DNA of 64,000 nucleotides from Alistipes sp. (GTDB taxonomy: Bacteria; Bacteroidota; Bacteroidia; Bacteroidales; Rikenellaceae), in the NCBI GenBank assembly GCA_017630455.1, contig JAGBVG010000062.1:24578-88577 (forward strand), in the 5' to 3' direction. The translations under genes were made by a program, and so were the position numbers. A model generated the notes under the pieces. The model saw only the letters and a list, made by a program, of their open reading frames with translations. It was not told the DNA's origin and did not search any database. Below, one piece after another: positions 19,649 to 30,357 of the stretch (positions are counted from its first letter, which is position 1; the number at the start of each line of letters is the position of its first letter).

Positions 19649-20362
19649 ATGAGTGAATTTTCGTTGAAGGATGTCAATTTCCCGGAGGGATATGTCGCAC
19701 TTATCGATAAACCATACGAGTGGACATCGGCAGATGTTGTTCGCAAGATAAAGTTTCAGCTGCGCAAGTGTGGCTATCCGAAGATTAAGATTGGCCACGC
19801 CGGAACTCTCGACCCCCTGGCAACAGGAGTGTTGCTCGTCTGCATAGGTCGTGCCACAAAGAGTGTCGAGGCGTTGCAGGCCGAGGAGAAGGAGTATGTT
19901 GCAGAACTTCAGCTCGGCGCCACAACACCCTCGGGAGATATGGAGCACGAGGTAGATGCCACCTATCCTACCGAGCATATCACACGTGAGGCCGTTGAGG
20001 AGGCTCTCCGCAGCCTGTGTGGCGAGCGTGAGCAGCTGCCGCCGTTGTACTCTGCCAAGAAGGTGCAGGGCGTGCGTGCCTATGAGTTTGCGCGTGCCGG
20101 CGAGGAGATAGAGCTAAAGAAGGCGAAGATCACCATCTATGATATGGAGCTTGTGGAGTATGATATGCCTCGTATTAAGATCCGTGTACGCTGCAGCAAG
20201 GGTACTTACATCCGCTCTTTGGCCTTTGAGATTGGCGAGGCACTGCAGAGTGGTGCCTACCTCAGCTCGTTGCGCCGCACCCGCAGTGGCGGTTATAGGG
20301 TCGAGGAGGGTCATTCTCTCGAGGAGTTTATGAAAAAATTGCGTGAGTGTGAAACAAAATAG
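19649..20362 (+). CDS. truB: tRNA pseudouridine(55) synthase
   Basis: GHAGTLDPLATGVL, YSAKK, CSKGTYIRSL. Confidence 0.96.
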   Translation: MSEFSLKDVNFPEGYVALIDKPYEWTSADVVRKIKFQLRKCGYPKIKIGHAGTLDPLATGVLLVCIGRATKSVEALQAEEKEYVAELQLGATTPSGDMEHEVDATYPTEHITREAVEEALRSLCGEREQLPPLYSAKKVQGVRAYEFARAGEEIELKKAKITIYDMELVEYDMPRIKIRVRCSKGTYIRSLAFEIGEALQSGAYLSSLRRTRSGGYRVEEGHSLEEFMKKLRECETK

Positions 20363-20406
20363 CAAATTTTTCGTATAGTATTTGTTAACCATTTTATTTC
20401 ATTGAT

Positions 20407-21456
20407 ATGAAGTTATCGCAGTATGGCTATGAGTTTAACGAGGATATGATTGCAAAGTATCCTACGGTAAACCGTGATGATGCCCGCCTTATGGTGTTGC
20501 ACCGCTCTACAGGTGAGATCGAACACCGTATTTTCAAAGATATTATAGAGTACTTCGACGAGAAGGATATGTTTGTGTTTAACGACACAAAGGTCTTTCC
20601 AGCACGTCTGCAGGGATGTAAGGAGAAGACTGGTGCCGACATCGAGATATTCCTGCTTCGTGAGCTTAATCGCGAGTTGCGTCTGTGGGATGTTCTCGTA
20701 GACCCTGCGCGTAAGATACGTATCGGTAACAAGTTATATTTTGGTAACGACGAGTTGATGGGTGCCGAGGTTATCGACAACACCACCTCACGAGGTCGTA
20801 CCCTCCGCTTCCTCTTCGATGGTTCGTATGAGGAGTTCAAGGAGGCTCTCTACAACCTCGGCGAGACACCGCTGCCACGCTGGGTACGCGAGAAGGTGGA
20901 GCCTGAGGATGCTGAGTGGTATCAGACTATCTATGCCGACAAGGAGGGTGCTGTAGCAGCTCCAACGGCGGGTCTTCACTTCTCGAAGCACCTCCTGAAG
21001 CGTATGGAGATTAAGGGCATCGACCGTGCGTTTTTGACCCTCCACGTAGGTCTCGGAAACTTCCGCACTGTGGATGTTGAGGATTTGTCGAAGCACAAGA
21101 TGGACTCGGAGCAGTTCAGCATTACGCCGGAGACCGCAGAGTTGGTCAACACCGCACGCCGCGACGGCCGCAAGATTGTAGCCATCGGCACAACCGTTAT
21201 GCGCGCTATGGAGACAGCGGCATCGGTAGGTGGCATACTCAAGCCTATGGAGGGTTGGACAAACAAGTTTATCTTCCATCCATACCAGTTCTCGGCAGCC
21301 AACGCCTTTGTATCGAACTTCCACCTGCCATACTCTACACAGCTTATGATGGTTGCGGCATTTGGCGGCTACGATTTTGTGATGGAGGCCTACCAATTGG
21401 CAGTTAAAGAGGGCTATCGCTTTGGTACCTACGGCGATGCTATGTTGATTTTGTAA
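20407..21456 (+). CDS. queA: SAM:tRNA ribosyltransferase-isomerase
   Basis: [43 protein letters not shown]. Confidence 0.96.
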   Translation: MKLSQYGYEFNEDMIAKYPTVNRDDARLMVLHRSTGEIEHRIFKDIIEYFDEKDMFVFNDTKVFPARLQGCKEKTGADIEIFLLRELNRELRLWDVLVDPARKIRIGNKLYFGNDELMGAEVIDNTTSRGRTLRFLFDGSYEEFKEALYNLGETPLPRWVREKVEPEDAEWYQTIYADKEGAVAAPTAGLHFSKHLLKRMEIKGIDRAFLTLHVGLGNFRTVDVEDLSKHKMDSEQFSITPETAELVNTARRDGRKIVAIGTTVMRAMETAASVGGILKPMEGWTNKFIFHPYQFSAANAFVSNFHLPYSTQLMMVAAFGGYDFVMEAYQLAVKEGYRFGTYGDAMLIL

Positions 21457-21481
21457 TATATTGCTATAAAACTACTAAACT

Positions 21482-22288
21482 ATGGCAAAAAACAGAATAT
21501 TATACGTGTGTCAGGAGATATCCCCCTATGTTCCTGAAACTGACTTCTCGAAGTTAAGTCTTGAGATGGCTCGTCAGATGCAGGAGCGTGGAGCAGAGGT
21601 GCGTACGTTTATGCCCCGCTATGGCTGTATCAACGAGCGCCGAAACCAGCTCCACGAGGTTATCCGCCTCTCGGGTATGAACCTCATTATCAACGATAAT
21701 GACCACCAGCTTATCATCAAGGTGGCCTCTATCCCTGCGGCACGTCTTCAGGTATACTTTATCGACAACGACGACTACTTCTCACGCCGCTTCATCGTCA
21801 CCGATGCCGAGGGTAATATGTTCGAGGATAACGACGATCGTGCCATCTTCTTCGCCCGAGGTATGCTCGAGACCGTGAAGAAGCTTCGCTGGGCGCCAAC
21901 CATCGTCCACTGCCACGGCTGGTTCTCGGCCATTGTGCCGATGTACCTCAAGAAGGTCTTTTATGACGATCCTCTCTTCAGCGATGTAAAGATTGTGCTT
22001 TCGGTGGCTAATGATAAGTTCGACGGAGCGTTATGTCCGGAGTTCAAGCAGAAGCTCGAGGGCGAGGGTATCTTGGATAGCGTGATGTCGGTTCTTGAGG
22101 AGCCTACATACCAAAACCTCTATCGATTCGTTATTGAGTATGCTGATGGTATTGTTGTGACCTCGCCAGATGCAGATAGTGAGGTTGTGGAGTATGCACG
22201 TAGCCGAGGTAAGAAGGTTCTCGACTACCAGTGTGGCGATGATAAGGAGGTCTTCGATAATTACAAAAAATTCTATGATGAACTTTAA
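21482..22288 (+). CDS. Glycogen/starch synthase catalytic-domain protein (GT5 N-terminal type)
   Basis: QEISPY, MPRYGCINERRNQLHEVIRLSG, IVHCHGW. Confidence 0.85.
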   Translation: MAKNRILYVCQEISPYVPETDFSKLSLEMARQMQERGAEVRTFMPRYGCINERRNQLHEVIRLSGMNLIINDNDHQLIIKVASIPAARLQVYFIDNDDYFSRRFIVTDAEGNMFEDNDDRAIFFARGMLETVKKLRWAPTIVHCHGWFSAIVPMYLKKVFYDDPLFSDVKIVLSVANDKFDGALCPEFKQKLEGEGILDSVMSVLEEPTYQNLYRFVIEYADGIVVTSPDADSEVVEYARSRGKKVLDYQCGDDKEVFDNYKKFYDEL

Positions 22289-23897
22289 GAGCCTTCTCCA
22301 CTTTGTTGTGATGCTCCTCGTGGCCCTGTGTGCTGTGAGGTGCACTACCGAGGTGGACTACTCTATGGGTGAAGAGTTGGTGCCTACGCGCCAGAATATG
22401 GAACTTAGGCGCAGAGTCTATGAGAAGGGTTTTTACAGAGATAGCTTTGCCGATAAGGTGGCGTGCTCGCTCATCGAGACCCGACTCTTCCAGACCGACT
22501 CCATCCGCTCGGCGAATATCAAATATGGATATTTCGGCTGCGAGAATAGCGAGATATATGGCAAGCGTAAGGCAGGCTTTATGTCGCAGATGATCTTCAG
22601 TCTGTCGCTTCCCGAGGGACGTGGCTGGGGCTACCGCCCTATTTACGACTCTACGCTTCTGTCGCTTTATATCACCGATTATCACGGTGATACACTTCCG
22701 AGACGCTACGAGGTCTACGAGATTACGTCGAACGACTATTTCAACCTTCCTACGAATAAGGATACGGCGTTCTACCTCAATTTCGACCCTACGGACTACA
22801 TCTCCGAGAGGCCGATCTTCGAGTTTACGTTCCCTAATCAGGAGAGGGGTGTATATGTGGGCGATATGAGCAACCCTCAATCGAGCAACGTGCGCCTTGA
22901 GTCTACAGACGCAACATTGGAGTATGTGTCGCGCCTGATGCTCCTCACCGACGAGGATGGAAACAGAATCTCGAATGATGAGCTTGCACTCGACAAGGAT
23001 AGCCTCTACGTCGAGGGTAACGAGGCGAAGTTTGTGGAGCAGGTGAGGGGTATATATATCGTACCTAAGGAGGGCACCGAGGGGGCTATGTTTGCCACCG
23101 AGCTTGAGAATACGGCTATGCTTCTATACACCCGAAGCAGATATGAGGAGGATCCTACGATTATCCGCGATACCACTTATATGGTTTACAACCTTTTCCT
23201 TGGCAAGGAGAACTATGATGGCGATGCGGGCAATGTCTCAGTAAATAGCGTTCAGCACGATTTTGCGGGCAGTGCGGTTGATAATTTCGAGGAGATGACA
23301 ACCACGTGTTATGTGGATGGTATGGGCGGTGTTGTCACCGAGGTGGAGTTTACCGATGAGTTTATCCAGTCGCTTGCCGATATCGTTACAGGTGCTGGCG
23401 ATGCAGCTGCTGTATCGGTCAATAACGCCACAATGTCGGTATACCTCGAGGGTTCCGACTACGACTATATCAAGGTTCAGGATAATTTCGGATTCATAAC
23501 CCCTATCCTCGATGCGTCGATGCCACGTATGGGCTTCTACACCGACTACAAGAAGTTGATCGGCGTTACGGATTATGCCTATACCGTTGAGACAAGCAGT
23601 GTGCCACTGAACTACGACGGCTATCTGAATCGTTCTTTGGCGTGCTACAAGATGAATATATCGCTCTATGTGCAGTCGTTGATGAACGTTGCAGCGAAGT
23701 ACATAGACAAGGGTGGTAAGGTCGATTTTGCGAAGTTCGAGGCAGAGAGGGAGGACTATATGTCGCTTCGCCACTTCTATATTGCCCCTGCGGCATATTC
23801 GCTCTATGGCTTCAATCGCCAGGCTATATATGGTATGGATGGCGAGGGTGTTGCGGCACCTATAAAGCTCGAACTGACATATACCATCGTAAAGTAA
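22275..23897 (+). CDS. DUF4270-like lipoprotein
   Basis: Lipoprotein-like signal (..AVRC), DS..LSLYI..YHGDT, terminal KLELTYT; usual position after the GT5 gene. Confidence 0.7.
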   Translation: MMNFKSLLHFVVMLLVALCAVRCTTEVDYSMGEELVPTRQNMELRRRVYEKGFYRDSFADKVACSLIETRLFQTDSIRSANIKYGYFGCENSEIYGKRKAGFMSQMIFSLSLPEGRGWGYRPIYDSTLLSLYITDYHGDTLPRRYEVYEITSNDYFNLPTNKDTAFYLNFDPTDYISERPIFEFTFPNQERGVYVGDMSNPQSSNVRLESTDATLEYVSRLMLLTDEDGNRISNDELALDKDSLYVEGNEAKFVEQVRGIYIVPKEGTEGAMFATELENTAMLLYTRSRYEEDPTIIRDTTYMVYNLFLGKENYDGDAGNVSVNSVQHDFAGSAVDNFEEMTTTCYVDGMGGVVTEVEFTDEFIQSLADIVTGAGDAAAVSVNNATMSVYLEGSDYDYIKVQDNFGFITPILDASMPRMGFYTDYKKLIGVTDYAYTVETSSVPLNYDGYLNRSLACYKMNISLYVQSLMNVAAKYIDKGGKVDFAKFEAEREDYMSLRHFYIAPAAYSLYGFNRQAIYGMDGEGVAAPIKLELTYTIVK

Positions 23898-23933
23898 GAT
23901 TAAGTTTTAAATAGGAAAAAGATACTATTTGAG

Positions 23934-26237
23934 ATGCAGGAAAATTTAGTGATTGTGGAGTCTCCGGCTAAGGCTAAGACCATCGAGAAGTTCCTCGGTA
24001 AGGGCTTTATGGTGAAGTCGAGCTTCGGACATATCAGAGACTTGGCTAAGAAGGGTCTCGGTGTAGACCTCGGCAATGAGTTTGAGCCGATATATGAGAT
24101 TCCAGATGATAAGCGTAAGGTTGTTGATGAGCTATCGCGCCTGGCCCGTGAGGCAAAGACCGTGTGGTTGGCATCCGATGAGGATCGCGAGGGAGAGGCT
24201 ATTGCGTGGCACCTTGCCAAGGTGCTTCAATTACCTATAGAACAGACCAAGCGTATTGTATTCCACGAGATTACCCAGCGTGCTATTCTCGATGCTATCG
24301 AGAATCCGCGTACCATAGACCTCAACCTTGTTAACGCGCAGCAGGCTCGTCGTGTGCTCGACCGCTTGGTGGGCTTCGAGCTCTCGCCAGTACTCTGGAA
24401 GAAGGTGCGTCCAGCACTCTCAGCAGGCCGTGTGCAGAGTGTTGCGGTGCGTCTTATCGTGGAGCGTGAGCGTGAGATCATCGCTCACAACTCTGTGGCG
24501 CAGTACCGTGTCGTGGGTCAGTTCTATGCTGCCGGCGATAGTGCCAAGACCATATTCAAGGCTACCTTGTCACAGCCATTCCCTACGCGCGAGGAGGCGG
24601 AGCAGTTTCTTCGTGAGTGCGTAGGTGAGAGCTTTACCGTCACCAAGGCCGAGGAGAAGCCTTTGCAGCGTTTCGCAGCACCTCCATTTACCACCTCCAC
24701 ACTTCAGCAGGAGGCGGGTCGTAAACTCGGTATGAGTGTGTCGCAGATTATGTCGGTGGCACAGAAGCTCTACGAGCAGGGTCTTATAACCTATATGCGT
24801 ACCGACTCTGTCAACCTGTCGCAGATGGCTATCTCGCAGTGTAAGAACGAGATCACACGCCTCTTTGGTGCTAAGTACTCCTACCCTCATAACTTTAAGA
24901 CCAAGGCTAAGGGCGCGCAGGAGGCTCACGAGGCCATCCGTCCTTCGTACATCGAGCGTCACGAGATTGAGGGTACGGCAGCAGAGAAGAAGCTCTACGA
25001 CCTTATCTGGAAGCGTACCGTGGCATCACAGATGGTACCTGCGGAGTTGGATAGAACAACCATCGTCGTAGACCTCGAGAAGCGCAAGGAGCAGTTTGTA
25101 GCCACAGGCGAGGTTGTGCGTTTCGATGGCTTTATGCGCCTCTACTCCGAGTCGGTGGAGGATGATGCGCAGAGCGAGGGCGAGGGTGGTCTCCTCCCAA
25201 AAATTGCTGTGGGAGATAGGGTGTTACCTACTACGATCACCGCTTCGGAGCGTTACAGCGTTGCGCCATCACGATACAACGAGGCGGCACTCGTAAAGCG
25301 CCTCGAGGAGTTGGGCATCGGACGTCCGTCAACATACGCACCTACCATTACGACTATCATCAATCGCGGCTATGTCGTGAAGCAGAATCGTGACGGTCAG
25401 AAGCGTCAGACACTGCAGCTCACACTCTCGGGCGATAAGATCTCGGAGAAGATGGTTACGGAGAGCTATGGCAAGGAGAAGAATCGCTTGGCACCAACCG
25501 ACATAGGTATGGTTGTCAACGACTACCTCGAGACACAGTTCTCGTCAATTATGGACTACCACTTCACGGCAAATGTCGAGAAGGAGTTTGACCGCGTTGC
25601 CGAGGGCGACATCACCTGGACAGATATGATTCGCGACTTCTACGATCCGTTCCATAAGCTCGTGGATAGTGCAGTCGGCACCCAGAGCGACCGCAGTGTG
25701 CAGTCAGTAAGGGTGTTGGGTATCGATCCTAAGAGCGGCTGCACGGTTAAGGCACGTATCGGACGCTACGGCCCTATGGTGGAGTTGGAGTCTGAGGATG
25801 GTGGCAAGGGACAGTTTGCTTCATTGAAGAAGGGACAGCTCATCGAGTCGATAACCTTGGAGGAGGCGTTGGAGTTGTTCGCGCTGCCTCGCGACTTGGG
25901 TGAGTTGAACGGCGAGTCGCTTATGGTTGGTGTCGGTAAGTTCGGGCCTTATGTCCGTCACGGCAAGACCTTCGCCTCGTTGCAGAAGGGCGATGATCCA
26001 TATACCATCACCCGCGAGCGCGCCGAGGAGCTCCTGAAGGAGGCACTCGAGAAGCAGCGTGCAGCATCGGAGCCACTTCGCACCTTCGAGGAGGATGCAG
26101 CAATGGTGGTTAAGAGCGGTCAGTATGGCCCATATATCGCCTACAACGGCAAGAACTATCGCCTGCCAAAGGGTGCAAAGGTCGACACACTGACCTACGT
26201 GGATTGCCAGCGCATCGTGGCTAAGAGCAAGAAATAA
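23934..26237 (+). CDS. topA: DNA topoisomerase I
   Basis: IVESPAKAKTI, DEDREGE, SAGRVQS, ITYMRTDS, GIGRPSTYA, C-terminal G[RK][YF]GP repeats. Confidence 0.97.
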   Translation: MQENLVIVESPAKAKTIEKFLGKGFMVKSSFGHIRDLAKKGLGVDLGNEFEPIYEIPDDKRKVVDELSRLAREAKTVWLASDEDREGEAIAWHLAKVLQLPIEQTKRIVFHEITQRAILDAIENPRTIDLNLVNAQQARRVLDRLVGFELSPVLWKKVRPALSAGRVQSVAVRLIVEREREIIAHNSVAQYRVVGQFYAAGDSAKTIFKATLSQPFPTREEAEQFLRECVGESFTVTKAEEKPLQRFAAPPFTTSTLQQEAGRKLGMSVSQIMSVAQKLYEQGLITYMRTDSVNLSQMAISQCKNEITRLFGAKYSYPHNFKTKAKGAQEAHEAIRPSYIERHEIEGTAAEKKLYDLIWKRTVASQMVPAELDRTTIVVDLEKRKEQFVATGEVVRFDGFMRLYSESVEDDAQSEGEGGLLPKIAVGDRVLPTTITASERYSVAPSRYNEAALVKRLEELGIGRPSTYAPTITTIINRGYVVKQNRDGQKRQTLQLTLSGDKISEKMVTESYGKEKNRLAPTDIGMVVNDYLETQFSSIMDYHFTANVEKEFDRVAEGDITWTDMIRDFYDPFHKLVDSAVGTQSDRSVQSVRVLGIDPKSGCTVKARIGRYGPMVELESEDGGKGQFASLKKGQLIESITLEEALELFALPRDLGELNGESLMVGVGKFGPYVRHGKTFASLQKGDDPYTITRERAEELLKEALEKQRAASEPLRTFEEDAAMVVKSGQYGPYIAYNGKNYRLPKGAKVDTLTYVDCQRIVAKSKK

Positions 26238-26270
26238 ACATTTTAAACAATACCTTAAAACTATTTTATT

Positions 26271-27458
26271 ATGAAGAAAATCTTTGGTTTGGCACTCGGC
26301 CTTATGTTGGCTACAGGTGCTATGGCTCAGGAGGCTACAGAGTTTACTGTAGTCAAGGAGAATCCTATCACAAGCATCAAGAATCAGGCTCAGGCAGGTA
26401 CTTGCTGGTGCTACTCATCACTCGCATTCATCGAGTCAGAGCTTTTGCGTATGAACAAGGGCGAGTATGATTTCTCGGAGATGTTTATCGTTCACAACAC
26501 CTACCTCGAGCGCGCTGAGAAGGCAGTTCGCACTCACGGTGATGTATCTTTCGCACAGGGTGGTTCGTTCTACGATGTTATCTACGGTATGGAGAAGTTT
26601 GGTCTCGTTCCAGAGGCTGAGATGCGTCCAGGTGTAATGTACGGCAAGGAGCTCAGCAACCACAACGAGCTTTCAGCTGTTAGCGACGCTGTTGTAGCTG
26701 CTATCGCTAAGGGTAAGCACCGCAGCCTTCAGTCAAATCCTGAGGGTGAGATGTTGTGGAAGAAGGCTATCGAGGCTATCCACGATATCTACCTCGGCGT
26801 GCGTCCTGAGACCTTCACATACGAGGGTAAGGAGTATACTCCAAAGTCATTCTACGAGTCTTTGGGCTTGAACGCTGACGACTACGTATCGTTGACCTCT
26901 TACACTCACCACCCATTCTACTCTACATTCGCACTCGAGATTCCAGACAACTGGCGCTGGGCACAGTCATACAACCTCCCTATCGACGAGCTTATGGAGG
27001 TGTTTGACAACGCTATTATGAAGGGTTACACCGTAGCTTGGGGTAGCGACGTTAGCGAGAATGGCTTTACTCGTATGGGTACAGCAGTTCTTCCAGAGGA
27101 GACTCAGGGCATTGACCTCCAGGGTTCGGATATGGCTAAGTGGCTCAGAATGTCTGAGGCTGAGAAGAAGAACACTCCTATGCCACTTCCAGCATCACAG
27201 AGAATGTGCACTCAGGAGGAGCGTCAGCTCGGTTATGACAACTGGGAGACTACCGATGACCACGGTATGCTTATCTACGGTATCGCAAAGGATAAGAACG
27301 GCGTAGAGTACTATATGGTTAAGAACTCTTGGGGCGAGGCTGGTACATACAAGGGTCACTGGTATGCTTCAAAGGCGTTCGTTCGTTACAAGACTATGAA
27401 CATCATCGTTCACAAGAACGCTATTCCTAAGGATATCCGCAAGAAGCTCGGTTTGTAG
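26271..27458 (+). CDS. Exported C1-family cysteine aminopeptidase
   Basis: Signal peptide; Q..AGTCWCYS, DDHGM, VKNSWG triad. Confidence 0.9.
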   Translation: MKKIFGLALGLMLATGAMAQEATEFTVVKENPITSIKNQAQAGTCWCYSSLAFIESELLRMNKGEYDFSEMFIVHNTYLERAEKAVRTHGDVSFAQGGSFYDVIYGMEKFGLVPEAEMRPGVMYGKELSNHNELSAVSDAVVAAIAKGKHRSLQSNPEGEMLWKKAIEAIHDIYLGVRPETFTYEGKEYTPKSFYESLGLNADDYVSLTSYTHHPFYSTFALEIPDNWRWAQSYNLPIDELMEVFDNAIMKGYTVAWGSDVSENGFTRMGTAVLPEETQGIDLQGSDMAKWLRMSEAEKKNTPMPLPASQRMCTQEERQLGYDNWETTDDHGMLIYGIAKDKNGVEYYMVKNSWGEAGTYKGHWYASKAFVRYKTMNIIVHKNAIPKDIRKKLGL

Positions 27459-27495
27459 TATATTGTGATGGCAGTGCAGAGTCATTGCCAAGTGT

Positions 27496-27530
27496 AAATG
27501 GCGGATGGTTAACCCATCTGCCATTTTTTT
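27496..27530 (+). terminator. Intrinsic terminator
   Basis: AAATGGCGGATGG-TTAAC-CCATCTGCCATTTTTTT. Confidence 0.8.
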
Positions 27531-27680
27531 GTATATACCCATCTCCAATGTTAAAATATTAACAAGAGATTTTGTTGCTCAAATAACAAAATTTCCCTAC
27601 ATTTGTAAGAGCATCCTCGCAATAGGATGGTGCTATGACCTCTATTTGAGGTCGCTACGTAAAACCCCAAATGTAGTGAT

Positions 27681-28037
27681 ATGAAAAGATTGTGTATACT
27701 TTTTGCCCTCGCAATGTCGACTATCTCGTGTGGATGGTTGGGCAATAATAATGGTAACGACGTGGAGAACGGCGAGGTCCAAGCGTCGGGTCCAGCTATG
27801 GATGTAGATGTTGAGGCGATGTTCAGAGATGCCGACGTGGAGGCTATGACCATCGAGCAGAGAGTAGATCACTATCTCTCGCGTTATGCTCACGAGAGTT
27901 CTCTCGAGGACCGCACCCAGGCCGAGACTACGTACAACGCTATGATGGAGTGGTTGCAGTCGCTGTCGGATGACGACAAGCGTCGTGCCGATGATGCCTC
28001 GGAGGCGTGGTATAGCAAAAATGCTGATAGGCTTTAG
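27681..28037 (+). CDS. Small hypothetical lipoprotein
   Basis: Signal ending ISC; TACATTTG promoter box at 27598-27605. Confidence 0.65.
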   Translation: MKRLCILFALAMSTISCGWLGNNNGNDVENGEVQASGPAMDVDVEAMFRDADVEAMTIEQRVDHYLSRYAHESSLEDRTQAETTYNAMMEWLQSLSDDDKRRADDASEAWYSKNADRL

Positions 28038-28063
28038 ATTGATATATTTCTACCCAGCATACG

Positions 28064-28108
28064 AAAAAAAGGGTGTCCAACAGGTTTGTGGACACCCTCT
28101 CATTTTTT
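28064..28108. terminator. Bidirectional terminator / second copy of the GGGTGTCCA palindrome
   Basis: A-run, AGGGTGTCCA..TGGACACCCT, T-run; arms match 2588-2620. Confidence 0.75.
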
Positions 28109-28359
28109 AAGGAGCTGTATAACAAGAGCTGATTTTAGGCTTGCGCAGCTCGAAAAAGCGGAGTTTACTTGGTGTAAATGAGCATTTTGAGAGCAAGCGC
28201 GTTTGTTGATAGAACAGTGCAGATACAACGCTCGGCAAAATTTGAGACGATGGGCTGTACTTAGGCGTACAGCCCTTTGGCGAAATATTTTGTTAGCGGA
28301 AGTAGATGCCCTGTTATATCAACAAAGAACGACAAAGCAGCCTTGTTTGATAGCTTCTT
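28109..28359. mobile_element. MITE-like non-autonomous element (about 250 bp)
   Basis: Imperfect terminal inverted repeats AAGGAGCTGTATAACAAG / CTTGTTTGATAGCTTCTT; internal hairpins TTTAC-TTGGT-GTAAA and GGGCTGTAC..GTACAGCCC. Confidence 0.6.
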
Positions 28360-28372
28360 TATATACGATGTT

Positions 28373-29605
28373 CTACATATTGAGGAATATATCCACCACC
28401 ACAGGCTCCTCGCCAAGCTCCACCGCTACACGCTGAAGCTCTCCCGCAGCATCGTAATAACGAAGCTCATAGGCGCGATTCTTCTCCACAAGCACCGAGA
28501 ACATATCGTTCATATCGCGAAGTGGACCAGCTGTGAGACCGCCACCCATCTGCTCAGTACCGCAGAATACATCGACACCCATCGCCACTCGGTCGTCAGA
28601 GTGCTCCTTTTGGCCCGCCTGCTTATAACCCGCAATCTTGATAAAGGTGTGTGTGCCAGCCTCGAGGTGACGTGTATATTGCTCGTATGCCAACTCCTGA
28701 TAGTGCTTTGTTACGTTCACAGCACCTACGATCTGCGGCAACTCCTCCACCGAGCGACCCTCTACATCGCCATCAGCCCATACCATAGGGAACCAATCCT
28801 CAGCCTCGCCGAAGCGTGTAGCATATATGGCGTATGTGCGGTCATCCTCCTTAGCCTTTGAGGCATCGGGCATAAACCATAGGTGGTCGAGCTTCGAAGG
28901 GAAGTAATACTCCGTCACGCGCCACTTGCCGTCGAGCCACACCTCAGTCCAGCTGTGGTTGCCGCGATTGTCGTGCCACGATGCTGTACCAGCGAAACGC
29001 GCAGGGATACCTACTGCACGGTAAGCATCCACGAGCAAAATCGCGAGACCTGTGCACGACGCCATACCCTGACGCATAGACTCACGAGGGCTCTGGTTTG
29101 TCTTCTCGCGCTTGGTGTTGTAATCGACACCTGTGAGGCGAGGAATATTGGCATTCACAGCACATACCGCATCGTACATAGTGCTACAGGTGTCTACCGC
29201 TGGCGAGAACAACTCATAGAGCTCCTTGCGCCACGAGTCACGAACCTCATCGACAACGTGATATGGAAGTACATCGTAGAGATATACATCCTCAGGCAAC
29301 TGCTTCGCCCACTGATACTTCTCACGTGCGAGGTGTGCATACTCCACATTCTCCTTGAGGAGATTCAGATCCATAGCCTCGCGATCAAACTCCGGCATAT
29401 TCTTCAACAGAAAAGCCATCTCCTGCTGCTGCTCCACGGGTGTCGCGGCCATAAGAGCCTCAAGCTCTGCAGCGCGTGACGATGCCGCCACAACCTCCTG
29501 AAGTGCTGAATCCTTCGCAGCATCGTAACGCTCCGAAGGCCAAACGATAAGCGCAATACCTAATGCTATTGCAGCCAATCCACAAAGTACAAGTCTTAGT
29601 TTCAT
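28373..29605 (-). CDS. Membrane-anchored transglutaminase-like domain protein
   Basis: N-terminal anchor; ASCTGLA..DAYRAVGIPAR, GNHSWTEVW. Confidence 0.82.
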   Translation of the reverse strand: MKLRLVLCGLAAIALGIALIVWPSERYDAAKDSALQEVVAASSRAAELEALMAATPVEQQQEMAFLLKNMPEFDREAMDLNLLKENVEYAHLAREKYQWAKQLPEDVYLYDVLPYHVVDEVRDSWRKELYELFSPAVDTCSTMYDAVCAVNANIPRLTGVDYNTKREKTNQSPRESMRQGMASCTGLAILLVDAYRAVGIPARFAGTASWHDNRGNHSWTEVWLDGKWRVTEYYFPSKLDHLWFMPDASKAKEDDRTYAIYATRFGEAEDWFPMVWADGDVEGRSVEELPQIVGAVNVTKHYQELAYEQYTRHLEAGTHTFIKIAGYKQAGQKEHSDDRVAMGVDVFCGTEQMGGGLTAGPLRDMNDMFSVLVEKNRAYELRYYDAAGELQRVAVELGEEPVVVDIFLNM

Positions 29606-30339
29606 TATTTTATAAGTTTAAGTATCTCCTTTACCTCATTCTCATCCACGCTGCGCAGTGCAAACTCATCCACAGCATCCGAGCCACCCATCGAGATGCG
29701 AGGGTTGCGATAGAGCATACCTCCCGCAACCATACACTTGGCACTGAAGTGTAGAGCATCGACACCTACTGCGGCAAGCTGCTGGGCATTCTTCGCCACA
29801 ACGCCGCTGCCCGCCATAATCTCTATACGTCCGCGGCTGACCTCCACGGCCTTAGCGATATTCTCGATGCCATCAATAGCCTTGTCGTAGCTTCCCGAAG
29901 TTAGGATACGCTTGCATCCCGCCGCGATGATATCCTCAACCGCCTGGGCATAATCCTCGGTCATATCCACCGCGCGGTGGAACGTAGTCTCCATATCTCC
30001 CGAGGCCTCAACCAACTGGCGTGTACGCTCCACATCCACCTTGCCATCGGCCGTAAGGACACCAAATACCACACCCGTAGCACCCGCCTGCTGGGCATAC
30101 TTTATGTCGAGGAGCATAGTCTGAAACTCATCGTCCGAATAGAGGAAATCTCCACCGCGGGGGCGAATCATAACACTGAGATCGAGATTTGGAATCTGGG
30201 CAACACGCTCTATGGTTGCCAGCGATGGTGTCACGCCGCCCTCTGCAGGCGATGCACACAACTCTACACGGTCAACACCTAAGCGTGCAGCAATCTGGCA
30301 AGCCTCAACCGAGTAGGCACAAAGTTCTGTTTTAATCAT
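29605..30339 (-). CDS. cutC: CutC family protein
   Basis: RVELC, GGVTPS, MIRPRGGDF, TFHRAVD, ILTSG. Confidence 0.93.
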   Translation of the reverse strand: MIKTELCAYSVEACQIAARLGVDRVELCASPAEGGVTPSLATIERVAQIPNLDLSVMIRPRGGDFLYSDDEFQTMLLDIKYAQQAGATGVVFGVLTADGKVDVERTRQLVEASGDMETTFHRAVDMTEDYAQAVEDIIAAGCKRILTSGSYDKAIDGIENIAKAVEVSRGRIEIMAGSGVVAKNAQQLAAVGVDALHFSAKCMVAGGMLYRNPRISMGGSDAVDEFALRSVDENEVKEILKLIK

Positions 30340-30357
30340 CTTTATTGGGTTGTAATG

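Noticed and set aside
18631-19746. 371-aa minus-strand ORF (and similar long antisense ORFs at 38182-39057, 42448-43317, 35255-36082)
   Set aside because: They lie opposite well-supported genes and have no motifs; codon-bias shadow ORFs
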